From positions 160,001-224,000 of the forward strand of contig CAVSGM010000002.1 in the NCBI GenBank assembly GCA_963727485.1: a stretch of DNA of 64,000 nucleotides, read 5' to 3'. The notes beneath the pieces were generated by a model. The model did not search any database. It was not told the origin of the DNA and worked only from the letters and a program-made list of their open reading frames with translations. A program made the position numbers and the translations under genes. Positions 1-9,821 of this stretch are shown here, piece by piece. The DNA is from an uncultured delta proteobacterium (GTDB lineage: Bacteria > Myxococcota > Myxococcia > SLRQ01). Position 1 is the first letter of the stretch; each line of letters opens with the position of its first letter.

Positions 1-288
1 GGCCGACCCCGGCCGAGATTCGCCGCCGGCGAGGCCGTGTGGAAGAAGCGCTGCCACCTCTGCCACCGGGACGGCACCCGGACGAAGTTCCTGTCCCACT
101 CCATGCCGAACCTCACCACCGCGGCCTTCCAGGAGGGCATCACCGACGCCCAGCTCGAGACCCGGATCGCCGACGGCTACGGCAAGCCCAAGCCCGACGG
201 GAAGACGCCGATGCCCGCGTTCCGCCACAAGCTCTCCAAGGACGAGCTGAAGGCGGTCGTGGCCTACGTCCGGTCCCTGCGCAAGTAG
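1..288 (+). CDS. Monoheme class I cytochrome c (5'-partial at window edge)
   Basis: CHLCH heme-binding motif, distal MPAF Met ligand and terminal helix LSKDELKAVVAYVRSL. Removing one base at GATTC 17-21 gives PTPAEIAAGEAVWKKRC, a typical N-terminal cytochrome c helix. Confidence 0.85.
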   Translation, partial: GRPRPRFAAGEAVWKKRCHLCHRDGTRTKFLSHSMPNLTTAAFQEGITDAQLETRIADGYGKPKPDGKTPMPAFRHKLSKDELKAVVAYVRSLRK

Positions 289-352
289 GGCGCCGTCCGG
301 GTCGCCGCCGGGCGCTTGCAGCGCGTCCGCCGGCTGGGGGACCCTCGGGACC

Positions 353-1478
353 ATGGGCACCCGGATCCTCGGCGCCGCCGCCGCCCTGGCCCTCGTCGCC
401 GGCTGCGCCCCGCCGGTCTACCTGGCGCCCCGGGCCGGCACCGTGCCCCTGGCGGCCACCTCGCCCGCCGCCGCCGCGACCCCGGCCCCAGGGGCCCCGA
501 CCCTCGCCGTCCGCCTCCTCGTCGACGACCGCCCGGCGACCGAGCGCGCCCCCGCCTCGGGCTACATCCGCGACGGCTACGGCTGGACCGGTGACGCCCA
601 CACCCGGGACGACCGCTGGCGCGCGCCGGTGCGACGCCTCGCCACCGAGGCCCTGGCCCGGGCGCTGGCCGCCACCGGGCGCTTTGCCCGGGTCCAGGTG
701 GTCGCCGGCGCCGCCCACCCAAACGTCGACTACGTCCTCACCGGCCGCCTCCGGCGCCTCCGGGGCTGGAATCCGCTACCACGTGGAGCGCGGCACCCCG
801 GCGCAGGTCCGGGAGCGCCTCGGCGACGTGTTCGTGGACCGGGTGGAGATCGTCGCGCGGCGCACCGGGCGCCTCGCCTTCGTCGGCGAGGCCGGGGCCC
901 TCCTCGACGACCGGAAGGCGACGGTGGATCCCTACGCCGCCGCGCGCCTGGCCTTCCACCGGGCCCTCGCCGGCCTCGCCCGGCGTGTCGCCGCCGCCGA
1001 CCTCGCCCACGCCCACCTGGCGCGCCGGGTCCACCTCGACCCCGCGGCCCGGGGCGACGCCGCCGCGCTCCTGGACGCCCTGCCCCCGGGGTGGCACGGC
1101 CGGCGCCGGGGCCCGGGGCGCCCGCCGGGGTGGATCGGCGCCCCGGGGTGCGCCCACCTGCGCCTCGAGGACGGGACCCGGCGCTTCTACAACCCGAGCC
1201 TCGGGACCTACGCGCCGCGCATCGACCTGTGGCGCTGCCCCGCGGCCTTCCGCGGCCACACCGATCTCTCGGGCCCAAACGCCGCGGCGTACCCGGCGGA
1301 GCTCCTCGGCGTGGGCCACGCCGGCGCGGCCTGGCTCATCCGGGGCCTGGGCGAGACCTCCTGGCCCGATGCCCGCCCGGCGCTCCGGCGCTTCCTGGGC
1401 CTCGCCGCGCCGCCCCCGGGCCTGCCGGTCCTCCGCCTGCCCCTTCAGGGCCGGGCCGGCGGCGCCCCCAGCAGGTAG
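353..1478 (+). CDS. Hypothetical lipoprotein, split by a +1 indel near 770
   Basis: Lipobox LVAGC after a hydrophobic signal. Protein-like sequence runs in the 353 frame to ...RLRGW, then continues in the 39..1478 frame (IRYHVERG...). The junction is at GAATC 769-773. Confidence 0.6.
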
Positions 1479-2653
1479 AAGCTGTAGGTGAGCCCCGCCT
1501 GGACCGTCCAGGGGTTGTTCGAGGCGGTGAGGACCCGGGTCACCGAGGCGTCGAAGACGAGGTTCGACTGCGCGGTCCAGGTGAGCCCGGCGTCGGCGAC
1601 GGCGGTGGGCCCGCCGGAGGTGGGCAGGAGGCCGTAGACCTCGCCGAAGATCCCCAGGCCGCCCAAGAGGCTCGCCGAGAGGGTCGCCACCGGGTCCGCC
1701 TCGAAGACGTACTGCCCCGGCCCGATCCAGGTGCCCTGGACCACCACGTTGGCGTCGAGCTCGAAGCGGCTGGCGAAGGGCAGGGTGGCGACGAGCACCG
1801 CGCCGATGCCGTTGGCCTGTGCCGCCGGCGGGGTGGCCACCGAGAGGTAGGGCTCGATGGCCAGGCCCGGTCGCCCGGGCTCGGGGTCCACCAGGGTGGT
1901 CTTGAAGATGAGCTGGAGCAGGCCCCCGGGGCTCCCGGTGAAGGTCTCACCCCAGCCGATGCGCGCGTCGTAGTGGTCGGCGATGCCGTACTTGAACAGC
2001 GTCGAGAGGCCCCAGGCGCCGTTGCTGGTGGCGAAGGGGCCCGGGGTGTAGACGCCGCCCGCCTCGATCTCCAGGGCCCCGGGCTCGGTGGTCACCGCGT
2101 TGTCCGAGAAGGTCGGCCGGGCCGGGTTCGCCGTGGGGCGCGTCGGGGGCTTGGGGGTGGTGGCTGGGGTCGCCGGGCCCGTGGCCGGGGGCTCGGGGGC
2201 CCGCGGCGGGGGCACCAGGCCGGTGCGCTCGGGGTGGGTGCCCGGCGGCGGGGCCGCTGGCGGCGTGGGCGCGGTGGCCTTGGGGCCGAGGGTCACTCCG
2301 GCCTGGGGATCGAAGTGCAGGGGCAGGTCGAACTGGCCGCCGCTCGGGGACCCGGGCATCTGGAGGGTCTCGAGGGCGCCCTTCACGCACGCCACGAGCG
2401 GGGGGTCGCCGGTGGTGTCCCGGGTGATGGCCAGCTGGTGCACCTTGCCCGCGTAGTCGACGATCACCCGGACGTCGACGTCGCCTTCGAGGTCGGCCCG
2501 GACGGCGAGGCGGTCGCGGTAGCAGCCCTCGAGGGCCGCGTGGGCCTCGCCGAGGGCCTGGGTGGCCAGGGGATTTGCGGGCGCGTCGGCGCGAGCCGGG
2601 AGCGTGGGCGCGAGGAGCAGGACGGCCAGGAGGGGGACGAGTCCGGATCGCAT
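1445..2653 (-). CDS. Secreted fusion: AgmX/PglI-type (TonB_C-like) domain + Pro/Thr linker + putative outer-membrane beta-barrel (MetA/phenol-degradation 'transporter'-like)
   Basis: Signal peptide ...PARA. LEGCYRDRL..LEGDVDV..G.V....I..D...D..L.ACV...L....P pattern of the myxobacterial TonB_C-like domain. ARPTFSDNAVTTEPGALEIEAG barrel-start motif, alternating beta-strands, terminal AGLTYSF. Confidence 0.65.
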   Translation of the reverse strand: MRSGLVPLLAVLLLAPTLPARADAPANPLATQALGEAHAALEGCYRDRLAVRADLEGDVDVRVIVDYAGKVHQLAITRDTTGDPPLVACVKGALETLQMPGSPSGGQFDLPLHFDPQAGVTLGPKATAPTPPAAPPPGTHPERTGLVPPPRAPEPPATGPATPATTPKPPTRPTANPARPTFSDNAVTTEPGALEIEAGGVYTPGPFATSNGAWGLSTLFKYGIADHYDARIGWGETFTGSPGGLLQLIFKTTLVDPEPGRPGLAIEPYLSVATPPAAQANGIGAVLVATLPFASRFELDANVVVQGTWIGPGQYVFEADPVATLSASLLGGLGIFGEVYGLLPTSGGPTAVADAGLTWTAQSNLVFDASVTRVLTASNNPWTVQAGLTYSFYLLGAPPARP

Positions 2654-2738
2654 GGCGACACTGTATACAAACGGGGCCGCAGGTCACGGGCCCGTGGTGG
2701 TGGCGGCGCGGCGCCGTTGGCGGTATCCCAGGGCTGCC

Positions 2739-2966
2739 ATGTGGGCCGTCATGTGGGTCATCTTCATTGCCGTCGCCATCACCGTGGTGGTCGCGGTCTA
2801 CGCCGTCGGGCGCTTCGCCCTCCAGACCCTGCGCAACGCGCGGGCGGAGGAGGCCGAGGCCCTCGCGCGCCGACAGGCCCGGCGGGCGGCGGCGCGGAAG
2901 GCCCGGGAGGCCCGGGAGGCCGCCGGGACCGGGGCCGGGGCCGACACGGACGCCCCGGGGCGGTAG
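2739..2966 (+). CDS. Small single-pass membrane protein
   Basis: ATG at 2739, N-terminal TM helix (MWAVMWVIFIAVAITVVVAVYAV), then a charged helical tail. Ends 9 nt before the next gene. Confidence 0.55.
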   Translation: MWAVMWVIFIAVAITVVVAVYAVGRFALQTLRNARAEEAEALARRQARRAAARKAREAREAAGTGAGADTDAPGR

Positions 2967-2975
2967 GATCGCCCG

Positions 2976-3869
2976 ATGCACTTCGAGAGCTTCCGCGCTG
3001 AAGACGGCACCCTCCTCGCCGCCCACCACACCGGCGACGGCGACCTGCCGGTGGTCCTCGCCAACGGCCTCGGGGGCACCTTCACCGCCTGGATGCCCCT
3101 GGTCGACCGCTTCCGCGACCGGTGCCGCTTCTACTCCTGGGACTACCGGGGCCTCTACCGCTCCGGGGCGCCGAAGGTGCCCCAGAACCTCGGCGTCGAG
3201 ACCCACGCCCGGGACCTGCTCCGCCTCCTCGACCACTTCGGGATCGAGCAGGCGGTCCTCGCCGGGTGGTCCATGGGGGTGCAGGTGGCCCTCGAGCTCC
3301 ACCGGCACCACGCCGACCGGATCCAGGGCCTGATCCTGATGAACGGGACCTACGGCGCGCCCTTCGACACGGCGTTCGGGAACCTGCCCACGCGCAAGCT
3401 CCTGCCGCCGTTCTTCCACCTGGGGAAGGCGGTGGCGCCCCTCACCTCGGCCATCGTCCACACCTTCGCCCGGTGGGAGTACACGGTGCCGCTCGCGGCG
3501 CGCGTCCACCTGGTGGATCCGCACATCGACGCCGGGGCCTTCTACGGGGTGGCGCGGGAGTTCGCCCACCTCGACATGGACACGTATCTCGAAATAATGC
3601 TCCGCCTCGGCGACCACGACGCCGGCGACGTGCTCTCGGACGTGGAGGTGCCGGCGCTCATCATCGCCGGCGACCGGGACATCATGACCCCCAAGGCGGT
3701 CACCGAGCGGATGCTCCACGAGATGGCCCGGGCGGAGCTCTTCGTGGTGCCTCGGGGCACCCACTACTGTCTGCTCGAGTACCCGGAGCTGGTGACGCTG
3801 CGGGTGGAGAAGTTCCTCCGGGACCACTATGGTCTTCCGCCGGAAGACCTGGAAAAGAAGCGCGCCTGA
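2976..3869 (+). CDS. Alpha/beta hydrolase
   Basis: NGLGG oxyanion region, GWSMG nucleophile elbow, GDRD acid and GTH catalytic His. Confidence 0.9.
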   Translation: MHFESFRAEDGTLLAAHHTGDGDLPVVLANGLGGTFTAWMPLVDRFRDRCRFYSWDYRGLYRSGAPKVPQNLGVETHARDLLRLLDHFGIEQAVLAGWSMGVQVALELHRHHADRIQGLILMNGTYGAPFDTAFGNLPTRKLLPPFFHLGKAVAPLTSAIVHTFARWEYTVPLAARVHLVDPHIDAGAFYGVAREFAHLDMDTYLEIMLRLGDHDAGDVLSDVEVPALIIAGDRDIMTPKAVTERMLHEMARAELFVVPRGTHYCLLEYPELVTLRVEKFLRDHYGLPPEDLEKKRA

Positions 3870-3911
3870 GAGCGGCGCCAGGCGGGCCGACGGGCCCGCG
3901 AGGGAGCGAGC

Positions 3912-5564
3912 ATGGGTTACATCCACGGCGGCAAGGTGGTCGCCAAGGCCCTGAAGAACGAGGGCGTCAGCCACCTGTTCACCCTCTGCGGGGGGCACAT
4001 CCAGTCCATCTACGACGGCTGCGTCGACGAGGGCATCCGGGTGGTCGACACCCGCCACGAGCAGACCGCGGCCCACGCCGCCGACGGCTGGGCGCGGATC
4101 ACCGGCGAGCCCGGGGTCGCCGCGGTCACCGCCGGGCCGGGGGTCACCGACGCGGTGACCGGGGTCGCCAACGCCTACCGGGCCCAGGTGCCCATGGTGA
4201 TCATCGGCGGCCAGGGGCCCCGGATGTTCGCCGACATGGGCTCGCTCCAGGACATGAACCACGTGGAGCTGATGCGCCCCATCACCAAGTGGTCGGTGAG
4301 CGTCCCCGACAAGGCGCGCCTCGGCGAGTACCTCCAGAGCGCCTTCCGGGTCGCCACCCAGGGGGTCCCCGGGCCGGTGTTCCTGGAGATGCCCCTCGAC
4401 CTGCTCATGGACAACGTGAAGGAGGACGACGTGGTCCTCTACCCCAAGTACCGCACCCGGGCGCGGCCCGCCGGCGACCCGGAGGCCCTCGACGCCGCCG
4501 CCGAGCTGCTGCGTGGCGCCGAGCACCCCATGCTCATCGTGGGCGCCCAGCTCCGGTGGTCCCACGACGGGCCCGGGGCGGTGTCGCGGCTCCTCGAGTC
4601 GATGCCCATGCCCACCTTCTTCAACGGCATGGCCCGCGGGGCGCTGCCCATGAGCCACACCTGCGTCTTCGGCCAGGTGCGCAAGAAGGCGCTGGCCAAG
4701 GCCGACGTCATCGTCATCTTCGGCACCCCGCTCGACTTCCGCCTCGGCTACGGCAAGGAGGGCCGGCCCTTCGCCAAGGGCGCCAAGATCATCCAGGTGG
4801 ACCTCGACGGCACCGAGATCGGGCGCAACCGGCCCATCGACGTGGGCATCGTCGGCGACACCGGGCTGGTCCTCGACGGCCTCGCCCGGCGCCTCGAGGG
4901 CACCAGGCAGACCGAGGGCCGCGACGCCTGGATTGCCGAGATCGCCGAGGAGGAGACCAAGAAGATCGCCAAGATGTCGGCGCAGCTCGAGGCGGAGACC
5001 GACCCCCCGAACCCCCTGCGCGTCTGCGCCGAGGTGGACAAGCGCCTCGCCGACGACGCCATCGTGGTCGGCGACGGCGGGGACTTCGTGGCCACGGCGG
5101 CCTACACCCTCCACCTCCACCGGCCCTTCTCGTGGATGGACCCCGGGCCGCTGGGGACGCTCGGTGTGGGCCCCGGCTACGCCATGGCCGCCAAGCTCGC
5201 CCAGCCCGACCGCCAGGTGGTCATCATGTTCGGCGACGGGAGCTTCGGCCTCAACGGCATGGAGGTCGAGGCCATGGTCCGCCAGGGCATCGACGTGAAG
5301 ATGGTCATCGGCAACGACGCCGGGTGGACCCAGATCCGCCGGGGCCAGGTGATGATGTACGGCGAGGAGAAGGCCGTGGCGACCAAGCTCGACTACACCC
5401 GCTACGACGTGGTGGCCCAGGGCCTCGGCGCCCACGGCGAGTACGCCGACACCGTCGCCGACCTCGGGCCCGCCCTCGACCGGGCGTTCGCGGCCAAGGG
5501 GCCCGCGGTGGTCAACGTGAAGATCGGCGAGAGCGACTTCCGGAAGAACGCCATCAGCGTGTGA
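3912..5564 (+). CDS. Thiamine-diphosphate-dependent enzyme, acetolactate-synthase-like (probably ILVBL/2-hydroxyacyl-CoA lyase branch)
   Basis: [26 protein letters not shown] and the GDGSFG...N ThDP motif. No regulatory small subunit is adjacent. Confidence 0.85.
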   Translation: MGYIHGGKVVAKALKNEGVSHLFTLCGGHIQSIYDGCVDEGIRVVDTRHEQTAAHAADGWARITGEPGVAAVTAGPGVTDAVTGVANAYRAQVPMVIIGGQGPRMFADMGSLQDMNHVELMRPITKWSVSVPDKARLGEYLQSAFRVATQGVPGPVFLEMPLDLLMDNVKEDDVVLYPKYRTRARPAGDPEALDAAAELLRGAEHPMLIVGAQLRWSHDGPGAVSRLLESMPMPTFFNGMARGALPMSHTCVFGQVRKKALAKADVIVIFGTPLDFRLGYGKEGRPFAKGAKIIQVDLDGTEIGRNRPIDVGIVGDTGLVLDGLARRLEGTRQTEGRDAWIAEIAEEETKKIAKMSAQLEAETDPPNPLRVCAEVDKRLADDAIVVGDGGDFVATAAYTLHLHRPFSWMDPGPLGTLGVGPGYAMAAKLAQPDRQVVIMFGDGSFGLNGMEVEAMVRQGIDVKMVIGNDAGWTQIRRGQVMMYGEEKAVATKLDYTRYDVVAQGLGAHGEYADTVADLGPALDRAFAAKGPAVVNVKIGESDFRKNAISV

Positions 5565-5580
5565 GGCGCAGGGTGTTCTC

Positions 5581-5624
5581 TCGGCGCGTGGGCGGGGTCG
5601 ATGGTTTCCGTCGACCCACGCCGA
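5581..5624 (+). terminator. GC-rich hairpin after the ThDP enzyme gene (possible terminator)
   Basis: TCGGCG...GGGTCGA-TGGTTTCCG-TCGACCC..CGCCGA inverted repeat, with no clear U-tract. Confidence 0.35.
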
Positions 5625-5792
5625 ACGGCGTCCAAATCGAGCGCCAGGAGACGGCGAGTTGTCGAGACAGGGCTCTGCGGGGGCACCTCCTCGACCCCAC
5701 CTTCACCACCGCCTTGCTCGACCCGGCCTCGTTGCGCCCTCGGCGGCCACGGTGTGGCGGCCGGCCCCGACGCGGACGAGGCAGGGCACCAA

Positions 5793-5924
5793 TGTTCATT
5801 ACACCGCGCATATTGGGCAATTGCGTACAGCTAGATGGACAGGTAGTTGACGGGAAACCTCGATCTGGTGCATGATGTTCGATAAGTTGGACGCTCACGG
5901 ATGTTGTGTCCATCAAGCTGAACA
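5793..5924 (+). promoter_or_regulatory. Four 18-bp imperfect palindromic operators flanking a sigma70-type promoter of the XRE-hipA operon
   Basis: TGTTCATTACACCGCGCA (5793), CGTACAGCTAGATGGACA (5824), TGTTCGATAAGTTGGACG (5876), TGTCCATCAAGCTGAACA (5907). TTGACG(5847)-N18-CATGAT lies between sites 2 and 3. Confidence 0.6.
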
Positions 5925-5937
5925 AAGCCGGTTCCCC

Positions 5938-6270
5938 ATGAAGCGCAAGAGAACCTACTCAAAGGTCACGCGACAGGCCTTGTCGATCCTCGGCAAGCTG
6001 ATCCGCGTTGGTCGCTCCGAGCGTGGCATGACCGCCCAGGACCTTGCCGACCGCGCCGGCATCAGCCGCACGACGCTGTACAACATCGAGAAGGGCGCAC
6101 CCGGCCCCGAGGTCGGCACTGTCTTTGAGGTCGCCGCACTGGTGGGTATCCGCTTGTTCGGCCTCGATGACCGGACGCTGGCCATGCATGACGCTCGTCT
6201 CGATGAAAAGCTGACGTTGCTGCCGAAGCGCGTTCGATCGTCCCGACGGAAGGTCGATGATGACTTCTAA
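5938..6270 (+). CDS. XRE-family HTH protein, HipB-like antitoxin
   Basis: GMTAQDLADRAGISRTTLYNIEKG helix-turn-helix; overlaps the start of the downstream HipA-like gene. Confidence 0.85.
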   Translation: MKRKRTYSKVTRQALSILGKLIRVGRSERGMTAQDLADRAGISRTTLYNIEKGAPGPEVGTVFEVAALVGIRLFGLDDRTLAMHDARLDEKLTLLPKRVRSSRRKVDDDF

Positions 6271-7591
6271 ACCTACGCCGCAGAGGGAGGCCTATGTCTG
6301 GATTTGGCTTCCGGGGGAGACGGAACCAGTTGTCGCCGGTCGCGTCAGCCAAGACGATGGGGAAGGTCCTGTTCCCTTCAACTATGGCACCAGCTACCTG
6401 AATCGGAAGGACGCGATCCCGATCTACGAGCCGGAGCTCCCGCTCCGTCGCGGCTTGATCGAACCGGCCGCCGGCCTGTCCATGGCCGGTTGCATTCGTG
6501 ACGGCTCACCTGATGCCTGGGGCCGCAGGGTCATCATCAACCGTCTGGTGGGGGCCAGGGCTGCCAAGCCCGAAGACGGTGACATCACCGAGCTTACGTA
6601 CCTCCTTGAATCGGGCTCGGACCGGATCGGCGCGCTCGACTTTCAGGAATCCGCCACGGAGTACGTTCCGCGTCTCAAAGCAGAGGCATCCTATGAGGAA
6701 CTGCTCGAAGCCGCCGAACGGGTCGAGAAGGGCGTTGCGCTGACGCCCGCCCTCGACCAGGCCTTGAACCACGGCACATCGATCGGCGGCGCCCGCCCGA
6801 AGGTGTTGATCGACCATGGCGATAGCAAACTGATCGCCAAGTTCTCGTCGAGCACGGACCTTTACAGCGTCGTGAAGGCTGAATTCATCGCCATGAAGCT
6901 GGCCGCCGCCTGCGGCCTCGATGTCGCCCCTGTCTCGATGACCGCGGCTGCAGGCAAGGACGTGCTCCTGATCGAACGCTTCGACCGCGTCAAGGAAGAT
7001 GGTGGCTGGCAACGCAGAGCAATGGTTTCAGCTCTGACGATGCTCGGGTTGGACGAAATGATGGCACGCTACGCCTCGTATGAAGAACTTGCCGAGATCA
7101 TCCGCCACCGCTTCACCGACCCCAAGGAAACGCTTCGAGAGCTCTTCGGCCGGATCGTATTCAACATCCTTTGCGGCAACACGGACGACCATGCCCGCAA
7201 CCATGCCGCCTTCTGGGACGGCAAGATGCTCGCCCTCACCCCTGCCTATGACATCTGCCCGCAAGGCAGAACGGGCAACGAGGCGACACAGGCCATGCTC
7301 ATCAAAGGCGAGGACCGCATGAGCACGCTTGTCAGCTGCCTCGCGGCTGCACCCGACTTCCTGCTCGCCGAAGACGACGCAGAGACCATCATCGAAGACC
7401 AGATCTCGACGATCGCCGGCGAATGGGATGCCATTTGCGACCACGCCAAGCTGACCGGAACTGACAAGAGTTTCTTCAGCGGCCGCCAATTTCTCAATCC
7501 GTACTGCATCGAAGGGCTGGACGGTCACGAGGCCTTGGAGGACGCGTTTCTCGCTGCGCGGAATGCAATGAACGCGGGTGGAGACGCCTGA
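6257..7591 (+). CDS. hipA: HipA-family Ser/Thr kinase toxin
   Basis: HipA N-terminal domain (DGSPDAWGR, SDRIGAL), SIGGARPK P-loop, LLIERFDR, GNTDDHARNH catalytic loop and LTPAYD. Confidence 0.9.
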   Translation: MMTSKPTPQREAYVWIWLPGETEPVVAGRVSQDDGEGPVPFNYGTSYLNRKDAIPIYEPELPLRRGLIEPAAGLSMAGCIRDGSPDAWGRRVIINRLVGARAAKPEDGDITELTYLLESGSDRIGALDFQESATEYVPRLKAEASYEELLEAAERVEKGVALTPALDQALNHGTSIGGARPKVLIDHGDSKLIAKFSSSTDLYSVVKAEFIAMKLAAACGLDVAPVSMTAAAGKDVLLIERFDRVKEDGGWQRRAMVSALTMLGLDEMMARYASYEELAEIIRHRFTDPKETLRELFGRIVFNILCGNTDDHARNHAAFWDGKMLALTPAYDICPQGRTGNEATQAMLIKGEDRMSTLVSCLAAAPDFLLAEDDAETIIEDQISTIAGEWDAICDHAKLTGTDKSFFSGRQFLNPYCIEGLDGHEALEDAFLAARNAMNAGGDA

Positions 7592-7802
7592 GATACCGGG
7601 TACCGGCCTGCGACGCTGACACGGCCGCCCCAGGCGGCGCAGCGCAGGGGAGCGCCAGGAAGCCGGCTTCGGATGGCCGGGAGAGCTCCGCGAGCTCGCC
7701 GAAGCCCTGGGTAGGGCACGCCTCCATTGTCCGGGGCGGGGCCCGTGGCCACCCTCGGCGGTCGGTCGCCACTGACGGCGGCCGCACGTCAAGGGGGAAG
7801 AC

Positions 7803-8360
7803 ATGCTGCGCCCACTCGCCGTACTCGGCCTCGCCGCCGTCCTCATCGCGCCGGTCCTCGCCCAGGACATGCCCGCCGCCCCCGAGGCGCCGGCCACCCT
7901 GGACAAGGAGAACCCGCTGAAGGCCATGGGGGGCTGGATGCCCCAGGCGGTGAAGAGCCCCGACGTCAAGGGCGTCCGGGCGTTCATCGACCAGGCCTAC
8001 AGGACCGAGGATCCCGAGGCCGAGGCCAACCTGGTCTCGTTCCCGGTGATGATGGTCACCACCGACAAGGACGGCGTCCCGGCGACCATGACCGCGGGCC
8101 GCGCCGAGTACCTCAAGATGATGCAGATGCCCGAGGTCGCCCGTGAGGCCGCGAAGCTGGTCAAGCACGGGCGGGCGCAGCTCACCTGGATCACCGACAC
8201 CCTGGTCTTCGTCCGCACGCCCATGCACGTCCGCTCCGGGGGGAAGACCTGGCGCTGGCACAGCGGCTCCCTGCTCATTCGCGAGAAGGACGGGTGGAAG
8301 GTGAAGGCCATGGTCGAGGGGGGCTACGGCGCGATGATGCCCGGCCAGGCCAACGACTGA
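7803..8360 (+). CDS. Exported hypothetical protein (possible NTF2-like fold)
   Basis: Signal peptide ...PVLA-QD, upstream GGGGAAG RBS, C-terminal beta-strands ending in DGWKVKAM. Confidence 0.6.
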   Translation: MLRPLAVLGLAAVLIAPVLAQDMPAAPEAPATLDKENPLKAMGGWMPQAVKSPDVKGVRAFIDQAYRTEDPEAEANLVSFPVMMVTTDKDGVPATMTAGRAEYLKMMQMPEVAREAAKLVKHGRAQLTWITDTLVFVRTPMHVRSGGKTWRWHSGSLLIREKDGWKVKAMVEGGYGAMMPGQAND

Positions 8361-8416
8361 CGGCGCGGGCGTGCCCGGGGGCCGACCGGGCACGCCGCTT
8401 CACCGGCGGGTCCGGG

Positions 8417-9712
8417 TCACGCCGCCCGCGTCTGCCCGGCGGCGTCCCGGAGCACCGCGTACTCGGCCGCCACGTCCCCCCGGAGGCCCTCGAGGTCCGG
8501 GATGAGCCCGGCGTCGGCGGCAAGGCCCACGCGCACCTCGCCGGCGTAGCTGACGATGCTCACGCCGAGGCCGATGCGGCCGCTCTGGGGGACCCAGGCC
8601 AGGACCCCCAGCGCCCGGCGCCCGGCGACGAAGACCGGCTCCCGGGGCCCGGGGACGTTGGTGAGCACCAGGCTCGCCTTGGCGGCGAAGAGGTCCACCG
8701 CGTAGGGCTCCAGGGGCCCGGGGAGGCGGCCGATGAGGCCGAGGATGGCGTAGGACACGGGGCCCTCGGGGGACGCCTTGATGGCGTCCATGCGCCTCGC
8801 CACCTCGCGCAGGCGCGCCACCGGGTCGGTGAGGCCCACGGGGAGCGCCGGGAACACCATCCCGAAGCGGTTGCCCAGGTCCGTGGGGATGTCGCCCTCG
8901 AGGGCCCGGAGGTTGTAGGGCATGGCCGCGTGGAGGTGGCGGCGCGGCGTGCCCCGGGCCACCAGGTGCCGGTGGAGGGCGCCGGTGACCGCGGCCGTGA
9001 GGACGTCGTTGACGGTGACCCCGAAGCGGTGGGCCACGTGCTTCACCTCGTCGAGGGGCCAGGGGTCGGTCCAGGTGGCCTGCTTGCGCACGTCCACGGC
9101 GCCGTTCACCGCGCTCCTCGGATCCGGGGGCAGGAAGAGGAGCTTGCCGGTGGCCCGGGCGGTGGCCAGCAGCCGGCGGGCCTGGGCCCAGGGGCCCACG
9201 GGCGGGGGCGGCAGGTGGGGCGTCACCCAGGCGCCCACCTCGCGCCCGCGGGCGTCGTCGGTGAGCGAGAGGAGGATCCGCGCCAGGGTCACCCCGTCGG
9301 CGAGGCAGTGGTGGAGCCGGGCCACGATCGCCGAGCCCCCCTCGAAGCCGTCGACCAGGGTCAGGGACCACAGGGGCCGCGTCGGGTCGAGGGGGCGCGA
9401 GAGGGTGTCGCCGACGAGGTGGGCGAGGGCGCGCCGGTCACCAGGGGGTGCCAGGTGGACCTGGGCGAGGTGGGCGTCGAGGGGCACCTCGGGCAGCTCC
9501 CGCCAGGTGGCCCGGCCGAAGGGGCGCCGGGGGAGGTCGACCACCGAGCGGAAGCGCGGGTAGCGTTCGACGACCCGGCGGCGCACCCGCTCGGCGAGGG
9601 CCGACGGATCCACGGGCCCGTCGAACCACAGGAGGCCGGTGATGACCATGAGGTTCTCCGGCCTGTCCATCCGGCCCCAGGCGAGGTCGGCCAGGGGTAC
9701 CTTTCCCGGCAT
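8417..9712 (-). CDS. Wax ester synthase/diacylglycerol acyltransferase (WS/DGAT)
   Basis: HHCLADG active-site motif, LDPTRPLW, TVNDV, LGNRF, LTNVPGP and SYAG. Confidence 0.92.
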   Translation of the reverse strand: MPGKVPLADLAWGRMDRPENLMVITGLLWFDGPVDPSALAERVRRRVVERYPRFRSVVDLPRRPFGRATWRELPEVPLDAHLAQVHLAPPGDRRALAHLVGDTLSRPLDPTRPLWSLTLVDGFEGGSAIVARLHHCLADGVTLARILLSLTDDARGREVGAWVTPHLPPPPVGPWAQARRLLATARATGKLLFLPPDPRSAVNGAVDVRKQATWTDPWPLDEVKHVAHRFGVTVNDVLTAAVTGALHRHLVARGTPRRHLHAAMPYNLRALEGDIPTDLGNRFGMVFPALPVGLTDPVARLREVARRMDAIKASPEGPVSYAILGLIGRLPGPLEPYAVDLFAAKASLVLTNVPGPREPVFVAGRRALGVLAWVPQSGRIGLGVSIVSYAGEVRVGLAADAGLIPDLEGLRGDVAAEYAVLRDAAGQTRAA

Positions 9713-9821
9713 GGTGCACCTCCCGGATCGATCCTAGGCACCGGGGCGCGGGCAACGAGAGGCCGGGGCCCAGGGGGCCGGGGTGGCGCCGGGCCGCATT
9801 CCGGTCCCATGATGCCCGCCC

